DNA of 64,000 bases from Bispira polyomma (taxonomy: Eukaryota). The position numbers were made by a program, and so were the translations under genes. The notes under the pieces were generated by a model. It was not told the DNA's origin. It worked only from the letters and a program-made list of their open reading frames with translations, and made no database searches. Positions 25,501 to 36,440 of this stretch are shown here, one piece after another (position 1 is the first letter of the stretch; every line of letters starts with the position of its first letter). Location of the stretch: positions 7,192,001 through 7,256,000 of the forward strand of contig OZ287755.1 in NCBI GenBank assembly GCA_965649765.1. The letters are read 5' to 3'.

Positions 25501-28500
25501 ATGTTATCTCATAATAAATAGAATTGTCAGCACTGCGTAAAGCACATTATTTAGTTAATCTGTACCTCCGCCAAAGAAAGCTCTGTTGTACATTGTGTCT
25601 GTTTGTTTGTCATCAGGATTGTCATCAACATTTTTCACATTCAACATCTGAAGAGTTACAATGTTCCGTAAAACACTAGGCAATGTTATTTGGTGCCTGA
25701 CAAATAACTACATTTCAATACAAAGCCTCAAGGGTTGGACATTTATTATTCTGAATCACAATTTTGTTTGACATCAAATTCTAGTGCAAGGCTGGCTTCA
25801 GCCAAGGGTTATGAGGGGCAAGGGAGTGGCTGTTACTTTTTGCAAAAGTGATCAATCTCCTGTCACAACCTGCGTATCATTTTTGTCCAGATTTTTCTGG
25901 AGGTTAATTAGTATATTGTTATGTTATCTCATAATAAATAGAATTGTCATAATAGCACTGCGTAAAGCGCATTATAAAGGCTGGCTACAAATTTTTGGTT
26001 AATCTGTAGCTCCGCCAAAGAAAGCTATATTGTACATTGTGTCTGTTTGTTAGTTAGTCATCAGGATTGAATAAAAACAATTATTTAATATTAATACTTC
26101 CAACATTAAATGAAAAGCTTATGTTGTAGTTCGGTTCGACCGTAGAGTTTTAAAGGTCTGATGAAACAAACTGTTTGACAATTTTAAGGTGTTACTTTAA
26201 GATAATGTCATAGGACAACGGTTATTGGACTACAAAATCCTGGGAATTTTTAGTCTTTTTTCCTTAATGTTCCTAATGTACAAGTTAGTTGTTTTGTAAG
26301 CAAGTGGGATTGTAGATTAGTCTTTTATTTACCAGTTGTAAATATAAGTTTCTAGAATGCACTAAAATTACTACCTTATTATTCAGCTACTGATGTTTAA
26401 AATAGCTCTGAAAACCCATGTACATGAGTTACAATGATAGCTATATTTGATGCACTCCTATTTGACTCCATCTGTCTTACTTGACGAAATATTTTCAGTC
26501 TTTTATGCAACAGATGCAAAATGACTGTTTAGATGGCACTGGAATCACAGTAAAGTATCTATTTAACCCTATATATATGAGTTAAAATGATGGTTACATT
26601 TTATCCACTGCCATTTCACTCCCTCCATCTTACTTAAAAAGAATTCTCAGTCTTTATCGCAACTTATTTCTTGAGAAATCCAATCTGTCAGAAAATAGAA
26701 AGACTTGCCCTTGGTAAAAAGACCTCCAAATCATATTAGATAAGGTTCATCCATGATGGTTAGTTGTTAAAAGCATTAATAATTTACTTCTCCTCAGGAA
26801 AAAGGGATTAAAAAACAATGTATTATTATTATCTTCTCTCTATTTAACTGAATGACTATTAACATTTAAAACTGCTTTTAAAGCTTGTCTATTTTTTATT
26901 ATACATGCACAACTTTGGGGGCCTTCAGAATTCGGAATGTGAAACTTTAAATATCCATTTAGCGCTTTCCGAAATAATGCACTGTACATATTTAATATAA
27001 AGTTTTTATTTAGCAAGAATATAAAATGTCATACAGATATTGTTTTAGTCAGAGGGGATTTATCAAAGGATGTTTTTTATTTATGAAAAACTATTTTTCC
27101 CTTTTTTCATTAACAATGTAAAAATAATAAAACGTTTCATTTTATTTGTTGCTCTTTCTAGATGACAAGAATGATTACTTGGCGCTTTTGACACCTTGGA
27201 ATTGCTTTGAATAGTAAAAAAATAAATTCCTCTGATTTTTGATTGATGGCCAAATAAGGGATATAAAGCAAGTCCTTTTTTCTAGAAAGATTTCGGAACA
27301 CTTGGGATTGTGGAAAATTGAAGGGAAGTTTGTAGAAAAAATACACATTAGTGTGTTGTTCTGATTTATTTTGTCATGTATTGTAATTGTAATGTATTTT
27401 TGTATGTGCAGGATTTTTCAGGCAGCCTACTTTTATCAGGCCCTGCCTAATGTTGTTTTCATTCTGAAAAGGATGCTGCTGTCTTAGAAATAATATGTGC
27501 AGCCTTCTTGGGTTGGTTGGAAGCCACCAACCCGACCAAACTGAGGAGTGTCAGAATAAGATTTGTAATAGTAGCCAAGCCTGCCTAAGTATAAAACTTT
27601 TAAGTAGCATGTGGTACCATTCTGGTGTCTGTGTTAAAATAAGGGCATTGTATCAATAATTAACATCAGTATATAGTATGATAACATATGGTAAAGTAAA
27701 ACGGTGAAATGCCTGATGGTATTATTTCTTCTGTTGCATAACAAATGTTGAAATAAGTGACAGGGTAGAATTTTGACTTATTAATACGCCACACTGGAGT
27801 ATTGTGGCTGTATGAATGTTAATGTATTTCACATTGTGCACCTTAGAAACTTACGATCCAATTCTAGGGCACAAGATGTCAAGAACACAAACCTCAGTGA
27901 GTGTTTAGTCTTCTTTTCCTTCAAAAGCTCTTAATATATAATGTAATCCAGGTTGTAGATTAGTCTTTCATTTACTAGATGTAAATGTAACCATCTGGAC
28001 TGGATTGGAAAAACAGTAAAGTATCTATTTACTATTGCCAACTACTATTTTTAGCACATTCCTTATAATCCATATTTTAAAATCAATCTTTCCATCTCTC
28101 CAGGACTTGTAATACTGGTTACATTTTTATGCACTGCCATTTAGTTCTGTCTGGGTTAATTTGAATGATTAGAATTTAGTTCAGTTTTAACGTCGTTTTC
28201 AACAGTTTAGGTAATATCAAAATTGCCAGATTAAATGGTGAAAAAGACCAGTGCTGAAGCAATGTCTACCATCGATCCTACCGCAATAACTGGACAAACT
28301 TTCTCCACACAAAGGAAATAGGATTTGGACCTGCATTGGCAAATGATTCTAACCACGAGGTCACTCCAGCCGCTGACTTAGTGCAAAACAGCTGATGGAT
28401 GAAAAACATAGTGAGATTCACCCGCTTTGGGCATTTATTTATTAGGTGATCAGGCTTCACCTTGTAATCACATACGTTCCCTCAGGACAATTTATGTGGC

Positions 28501-29614
28501 TGCTGTTTTTTGTCAAATGAATGTGATATTGGGTTTTGTTATTTACATTTAAGTCCCTCCCCCAATGGACCTTGCTCCAGGAAGAAGGTGACGGGGGAGG
28601 GGTAACTATGACATTGACACAGGTTGATCAGACAATCCCTGTACTCTTTAGTATCCAAGGTCGAGCTGCCAATTAAAAAAAATCTGACATTTTTCTTTTG
28701 AATCCTATAGTTTTGGGGGGCCATAAAAGCAAGGAATATCAAACATTAATATTCGTTTGGCACTTTCGTTTAACACAGTATCTAAATAATCGTTAATTCT
28801 TAGTATAAATCATCAAATAGGGTTTTTCTGAATGACTTCCTATGCTAGTTTCTTCAGTTATATTTTAAACTAGTATTACCCCGTTTCATGCAGTGTAAGG
28901 TATTTCATATCATATCATAACTTCACTAAAAGCATTCAGAGTTATACACGTAGTCTTTCAATTGAAGGTTATTCATTTTTGCTGTATAGAGAATTCATTT
29001 TCTCCTTGACATCTTTAATGCTAAAGAAGGAACCAGGTCTAGTTTTATTTCTCTTTTTCTAGATGACTTAAGGAATTACATGGGCTTTTAGACAGGTTTA
29101 CCCCAAGACGTTCATTGAATGGTAGAAACAATAAATACCTAGAATTTTTGATTGATTGCCAAATAAGGGATGGTGGCCCCGATTTTTTTCCTCGCCAAGA
29201 AATGGTACCTCTTGGGATTGCAAATAATTGAAGGGGAAATAGGCAGAAATAATAAAGTTTAGTGATTTACTGTTTTATTATATAATGTCAGTGTGTGAGG
29301 TGTGGTAAACAAATAAATAATGCCAAACAAGGAATGTTAGCACAGTGTTTTTTCCAGATTTTGGAGTAACCTTAACATTATAAATATTTAGGGCATAATT
29401 TGTTTCCAGGAATTTGTTTCATTTTTTGCCACTGTGCAACTTTGGTAGAGGTATATACTCTACTGATGAACAGATCTAGTGTCAAAACAATGTCCAAAGC
29501 ATCCACAGAGATATTGTATTTGTCAACATGGACAATATCAGTAGTAATAGTGTAGTAATGAATTTTATTATCCTCTTTTATCCAATATTCCACAGAACAA
29601 CAGCAAAGGTTGTA

Positions 29615-29842
29615 TTTAAATTTACTGTTGTCTTTTCAACAGCTTTGGTCATATCACGGCGGCCAGGTTTTAGTGGTGGGAGAAACCAGTTGCCGAAGCA
29701 CTGTAAACCACTGACCTACGACAAGTACCTGACAATCTTTCCCACATAAAGAAGGAATCTGTGGGATTCGATCACAAGATGTGAGAAGCCAATGATTTTA
29801 AAGCGGACGCTTATATAACCACTAGGCCACAGCAGTCTCCAA
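29615..29842 (-). mobile_element. tRNA-derived SINE (family 2); truncated paralogue ~39290-39472, + copy 55835-56060
   Basis: Head tggcctagtggtta..gatcgaatccc. Body gaaagattgtcaggtacttgtcgtaggtcagtggttt..ggtttctcccaccactaaaac..gatatgaccaaagctgttgaaa resembles molluscan V/Meta-type SINEs (recalled, not searched). Confidence 0.8.
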
Positions 29843-32063
29843 TCAATGTCTTTAACGCACCCATCTATCTTTCGGTATAATCCTTACATAGAAATTATAT
29901 TATACAAAGTAGCAACTTAGTCACTTTATCTTTTTTTTGCACAAGTGGATAAATCTTTGCAGATAAACACAAGAATAGGCTTATATATAAGAGTTTATTA
30001 TTAAATGAATACACACTAAACTTTAGCCTTTACAAAATCAGCTTGAGTTTCTACAGTAAAAGCTAAACAACTAAAGTTCTGGTTCCCCTTAAGTGACAAC
30101 CATAAGTACGTCCCTAATTCGAGATTTAGCAATTCTTATGAAAAAAGCTTTATCAAATATAAAGTCTGGGTTTTTAACTAAAAAATTCAGGACAAGCTCC
30201 TTAAAGGATTATAACCCTGGGGAGTTTTAGCCCAATTTTTTTCCTTCAAACTCTTAGTTGACAAAAAAATTTAATAGCTTGGTAGCCAATCCTGGCTGCA
30301 GATCGACTATTTCATAACAAGATGCAAATGTGTAACTGTCTAGACTTGCTCTAATTTTTTACCGTAAAGTACATATTTACTGCCGAACTTGTGATTTCTA
30401 GTATATTTTTACTTTAAAAAAATCATGAAATATGTAAAATGCCATGTCACCATTATAATAATCGATACTATAGTCTACACTATTAATCAATCAATTAATT
30501 CATCTACAGCAAATAACAGTTATTGGATAAGCTATGTTACTTTAACATTGCTTTTAATGCACTTGTGTTATGTTGCAAAAGCCATGAGAAATAAATAAAG
30601 CAAAAAGTAACAACTTGTCCCCCAAGGTCCATCCCTCCACCAAAGGTCATGTAAGTGGGTCTGGTATTGTTTGGTGTCTGATCCTGGTGACAAAAACAAC
30701 TAACACACATGTGGTGCAGGTCATTAATGGAATTAAATGAAGCAATATCTTGTTGAATTTTTAGAGAACTGTGATTTCCTCCATTCCAGATATTACTCAT
30801 CGTGATTTGACACGAATGTCGTAAAACTGAAAATAAAATAAAGCCAACTTAAAGCTAACCAAAATATATAAGCCTCTCTGGTAAGTACTTCAAGTCACTG
30901 TTAGTAGTTGTTCACACACAGAGAGCTAGAGCTGACAATAGTTAATCTTTTCCTTACTATGATTATGGTTTTGTTTCTTTCAGTGGACAGTAGCCATTAG
31001 CACATAACACTAAGGAGTCTGTTGGAGATAATAAACCATTCATGTACTGGCCAAACACTGTATAAATATTGCTGGGCTTGAGTGGGAGGGGTTGGTTAAT
31101 CGTAGGGTCGCTTGTGGCCTTTGCTAGGTTATTTCGCCAATTAATGTGCTTTTACAAAGTATCCAAGGTCAAGCAGCCAATTAAAAAAAATTCTGCCCTT
31201 TTTACTTTGAATCCTATAGTTGCACATAGTCTTTGAGGGCGACAAAAGCAAGCAATGTTAAACATCAATATTTGTTTAGCACTTTCAGTATACACAGTAT
31301 ATACTTTCTGTTCAATACAAAGAATACTGTATCTAAATAATCGTTAATTTTTAGTATAAATTATCAAATAGGGTTTCTCTTAATGACTTTCTATGCTAGT
31401 TTCTATCAGTTATATAATAAACTAGTATTAACCTATTTCATGCAGTGTAAGATATTTGATATCATATTATAACTTTACTTAAAGCATCCAGAGTTATACA
31501 TGTAGTTTTTCAATGGAAGGTTATTCATTTTGCGGGGTAGCGCCGTAGGGGATAGCAAGTTCAGTGCTACTAGTATTTTCCTCCTTGGGTTCATGCCCTT
31601 TAAACCCTCTCCTAATTGGTTATTTGTGTACTAATTAACCTCTGTTTTCCCGCTTTTTAGCTAGAATCCTCACTTACACTTTTGAAGTCATGTAGGCAAC
31701 AACGCCATCTTTAATATTTTACATTATTTTACTTTTATGTGTTTTATTTTTACTTCACTGATTTTATTATCTGTGTGATGGAAACAAGAAATGCAACAAA
31801 TGATTCACTAAGTGGTGCTACACACTAAGGAGGAACTGATCTGCAGTGCTTGTGCTGGATTCCTGTGTTTTACTCTACTTTGAGTCTTGCGATTATATGC
31901 TCGTTTGAGCGGTGGTAAAGGAACGTGGTCAAATCAATTATATTGCATCAAATTCACGGCTATTTGCCTGATTACATATAATTCAATTCAGATTATCGCG
32001 TTACAGTTCCTTTAGTATAGTTGCAGGTATCAAAGCCACGAGTTCTTATATTATTCAGAGGCT

Positions 32064-33038
32064 ATGGCCCCAAGGAAACAATATTTCTGTCACAAGTGTG
32101 AAACTTATCATGTTAAGCCCATTGATGACAACTGTAAAATGCATACCGGTGTGGGAACCTCCCAGCAGAACTCTGTGACTGGCGATGGTGTAACTGCTGC
32201 CGACGTTAATCTACAAATTTTGACTGAACTCAAAGCATTAAGTGGGCGTATGACCCAAGTTGAGCAGCAAGTTTATCGCAGTTCACATGGAGCCCAGGCT
32301 TTGACGGCGTCGAGCCCGGGGAGTGCAGCCCAACCTAGACAGGCGGACCAAACCACTTCTGAGCTACTGGTCCCGACGCTACACACACTACGTACATCCG
32401 ACTCCCTACAGACTGCAGTGGATTCACGTCTTAAGGAATTGGTGGCCATTAACGAGTCAGGTACGTCAAAATCTCAAAGAGGGGGTCCCGACACTCTGTG
32501 GGTGAAGAATAAGGTGGCTTGGCCTCAGAACGTTATACTAGGGGGACAAAACAAAACACGAGTTACGTATGACGCGTTGTCAATGGCCCAGTGGGTCTCT
32601 GGTTTTGCCAGTATAGCTAGAGATGAAAGTAATTTAGACGTTAAAAACCAAATGTTGGAGTATCTCACTGACCTCATGGAGGACGCTCATGACTTTTCCT
32701 GGACTTCGGCTAAGGCTAGCCATGCCGTTGTACTCTGTAAAATGGAAGAGGGTAAGGTAACCTGGGGAGATGCCCACAAGTTGGACAGGATTAGACGGGC
32801 TCATGCCCAAAGGGTTGTCATCCAGACTGCAAGTAGTAATTATCAAACCAACACCAGGAAAAGTCATGAGAAGTCCATCCCATGTAGGTACTTCCAGAGG
32901 GGTACTTGCCCCCAAAAAGGGGATCACGAATTCAAAGGTGTGTCATATAGTCATGTGTGTAACCAATGCTTTCAAAATGGGAGGTCTTACCCCCACCCTG
33001 CAAAAGACTGTAAAAAATATCCGTTAAAAAACGAGTAA
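32064..33038 (+). CDS. El3 Gag-like ORF1 (324 aa)
   Basis: Intact ORF. N-terminal CHKCETYH..C; C-terminal CRYFQRGTC..H..HVCNQC..H..C. Confidence 0.9.
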   Translation: MAPRKQYFCHKCETYHVKPIDDNCKMHTGVGTSQQNSVTGDGVTAADVNLQILTELKALSGRMTQVEQQVYRSSHGAQALTASSPGSAAQPRQADQTTSELLVPTLHTLRTSDSLQTAVDSRLKELVAINESGTSKSQRGGPDTLWVKNKVAWPQNVILGGQNKTRVTYDALSMAQWVSGFASIARDESNLDVKNQMLEYLTDLMEDAHDFSWTSAKASHAVVLCKMEEGKVTWGDAHKLDRIRRAHAQRVVIQTASSNYQTNTRKSHEKSIPCRYFQRGTCPQKGDHEFKGVSYSHVCNQCFQNGRSYPHPAKDCKKYPLKNE

Positions 33039-35442
33039 GGCACTGCAGTGATGCAGTGCCACCCCATGTTTCTTCCACACAAGAGGTGGTCAGAAAAAAA
33101 CTTGCACAAAAAGTTGTAAATATTTCTAAAGGTTGTCCCACTAGAACTGTGTATAATAGTTTTAAATGTATTACTGGCAGTACACATTGGAGGGCAGATT
33201 GGGCCAAATTTGTAAATAGATCTTATGCTGATGTGGTTAAAAGAAAGGCTCCCTCCAGGTCTGCTGCCATAAAGTTTTCTGTACAAAGTGCGAATGTGAC
33301 TCAGAGGTGGCAAAGTCACCACGTTAAATGTTCACCATGTTTAAATAACAACCAAATTTCAGAGGTGTCCACAAAGCATGAACGGGGCCACAGAGTGAGT
33401 GTTAAAACTTTCACAAAAGGTGCTTCCCCTTTCACAAGTGTACAGAGGCATAATGTAATGTCAAAAATGGGTAAACCCCCTCCAACAAAAGGTGATCAAT
33501 TTGGCCAAAAGCTGGAAATCACAAAATTAGACATTCAGGGCAAATGGCCCATTTCCACTCACAATAGGTTTTCCCCGTTGAGTGACAATGACCATTATAT
33601 GCACACTAGTGACAACTCTGTCACACATTTACCAGATACTTGTAACCAAGGTCAAGGTTTTAAAATACTCTCTCGAGGTACTGGGGGAATAAAATCAGAC
33701 AAATATGACCTAGAGCTACAAACTAAATCGAAAAACAGGGAACTTATAAAACATGCTTCCAACCAGCCTCAGTTCCAGCAATGGGATACTCAAACTACAG
33801 ATAAGTATGGGTTTATTCCGCTAAATGACCTCCGAGTTCCCCAAATGGATAAACGAGTAAAGTCGGATAAGTCTCTGTTAGAATTACACACTCAGATTAA
33901 GAAGGACAACTACCCAAATTATATGGGGGCACAAGTTCAATTGAATACTGGGATAAACAACTCCCTTTTTTGATAAGATATGGGTTTCCCCTCGATTTTA
34001 ATCCTGACAGCAAGTTATCTCATACAGAACAGAATCATTCATCTGCAACACAATTTCCAGATGATGTGCATGCTTATTTAAAAGAAGAGACTGAGTTAGG
34101 CGCCATGTTGGGCCCTTTCCATAAGGCCCCCATAAAAAACCTCCATATTTCTCCCTTCATGACTAGGGAAAAACCAGGTGCCGCACACAGGCACAATCAT
34201 AGATTTAAGCTTTCCTCATGGCAACTCTGTGAATTCGGCTGTAGTCAAGGATAAGTATCTCGGTACTGCGTTTGCATTAACCCTTCCCACAATTGACACA
34301 ATTACAAACAAAATCTGTCGCATGGGACGTGGAACGCTCCTATATAAAATTGACGTAAGTCGGGCATTTCGTCACGTCAAAATGGATCCAGCTGATTACA
34401 ATCTATTAGGCTTAAAATTAGACAAATACTATGTCGACTCTTGCCTCCCATTTGGTTTTCGGCACGGGAGCGCAATTTTTCAGCGATTAAGTGACGCCGT
34501 CAGGTACATCATGAAACGTTACGGACATGACGTCACCAATTATATCGACGACGTAATCGGCTATGGTGACGTCATAGAAAGTAAACGTTCATTTGATATA
34601 TTGCTAAACTTACTCCAGGAACTAGGCTTTGCGATTAGTCACAAAAAACTTGTGCACCCCAGCACGTCAGTAACGTGTCTGGGGGTGTTAGTTAATACAA
34701 ATGACTTGACAATCTCATTGCCAGATGAAAAGCTACTAGAAATAAACACACTTGTGCAAGACTGGCAATTAAGAAACTGCTGCAGTAAGAGGGAGTTGCA
34801 GTCACTGCTAGGTAAATTGTTATATGTATCCAAATGTGTTCGAGTTTCACGTGCTTTCTTAAACCGAATGCTTGACGTCCTAAGATCTGTAGGCTCGGAT
34901 CAAAAAGTAAAACTCACACCTGAGTTTCATCAGGATGTAAATTGGTTTAAAAAATTTTTACCAACATTTAATGGAAAAGCCTTCTTTGAACACAAACCCA
35001 CTACCGATTGTATTCAGTTGGATGCGGGCCTCCAGGGGCTGGGAGGTCGTTGTAATGATGAAGTATACCAATTCCAAATTCCTCTAGGCTACCTAGATTT
35101 CACGATAGTTCATCTGGAAATGTTAAACATCCTAGTTGCCATTAGGCTATGGAAGTCAGCGTGGGCAGGTAAGAGGCTAATATTGCAATGCGACAATGCT
35201 GCCGTGGTCACTATCCTAAATTCAGGCAAAACTAAAGACCTCACTTTGGCAGCTATTGCCAGAAACATCTTCATGGCCGTAGCCTCCCATGACATCAGTC
35301 TCAAAACCATTCACATTTTAGGTAGACTTAATACAGTGGCAGATCACGGGCCAGTAATAATGACAAGTTACTACAACTGGTATCGAATCCCAAATGGGTA
35401 AAAGTAAAAGACACAATGTTAGAAATAGATTGGTCTATCTAA
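33026..35442 (+). pseudogene. El3 pol (linker + RT + RNase H), -1 frame; three frame-disrupting lesions (~33965, ~34190, ~35345)
   Basis: ORFs 33056-33973, 33970-34254 and 34178-35401 are consecutive parts of one RT/RH protein (YGFPLDF, LPFGFRHGS, YIDD, QLDA, HLEMLN, CDN). Confidence 0.9.
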
Positions 35443-35448
35443 TTGCAG

Positions 35449-36440
35449 ATGTACCTTCCAAGCTAAGAAAGATTGCTACACAAGCCTCATACAGAGCCCA
35501 TCAGGCCTTTAGACCAGCCACTGAAAGGGCCTATACAAATATGTTTAGGATATTCTTGGCCTATTGTAGTTTTGCTCAGGTCTGGCCTCAAAATATCTCC
35601 CCCCTTATTATATTGGCCTTCTTAGAAGTATTAGTGGTTAATCAGGTCTCTTCCCCCTCCATTGCAAACTACCTTTCGGCAGTTAAAGCTAAATTGGCCC
35701 TCTATGGCCTTGACGTCTCTGCATTTGCAGATCCTAGAATTAAGTATTACCAAAAAGCCCTTACACTCAATAGCCCCTTCAGGGCTAAAATTAACGCTAT
35801 TATTGACATTCCCCTCTTACTCCAAATTACTCAAATTTGTGACAGCATGTACATGGGGCAGATCTTCAAGGCTCTGTACCTCATTGCCTTCTTTTCTTTT
35901 CTTAGAATATCCAACTTACTTCCACATGTTGTCTCTCAATTCTCTCCACTTGTCCAATTGGCCCGGGGGGACGTACTTTTTGCCTCCCCTGGCCTCCACC
36001 TCATAATAAAGTGGTCTAAAACAATGCAGTCAAAGAATGTAGCAAAAGTTATTAAAATACCGAGCCTAAGTGGCTCTAGTCTCTGTCCGGTGGCTGCCAC
36101 AAGGGCCTTGCTGGCTATTACTCCTGGACACAAAAATTCTCCTCTCTTTCAGTTTAAAAAACACCATAAATGGTCTCCAATCATTGACACCCAAGCTAGG
36201 CAAAATCTCACCCAAATTTTGAGGCGTCTTGGCCTCCAGCAATCAAACATTTCTTTCCACACCTTCAGGCGTTCAGGTGCCACCTGGGCCTTCAACAATA
36301 ATGTCCCAATTCAAGATATCCAGAGCCATGGCACTTGGACGTCTGATTGTGTGTGGAAATATATTGTACAGGATCACAATGCATCTGACCAAGTCGCCCT
36401 CACCTTCAAGGCCCTCCTTGCCCCTTCTACTACTTCCTAG
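35449..36440 (+). CDS. El3 tyrosine recombinase, intact catalytic set (probably expressed as a spliced exon)
   Basis: FLR (Arg), IKWSKT (Lys), HTFRR (HxxR), HGTW, WKY (Tyr). Confidence 0.92.

Noticed and set aside
25849-25851. Conserved in-frame TGA as selenocysteine
   Set aside because: No SECIS identified and copies are degenerate. An ordinary stop or CpG decay is sufficient.
35394-36440. Phage integrase / prophage or bacterial retron-like RT-integrase system
   Set aside because: Context is eukaryotic (introns, SINEs, LINEs). The gag-RT/RH-YR order and split direct repeats identify a Ngaro-like retrotransposon.
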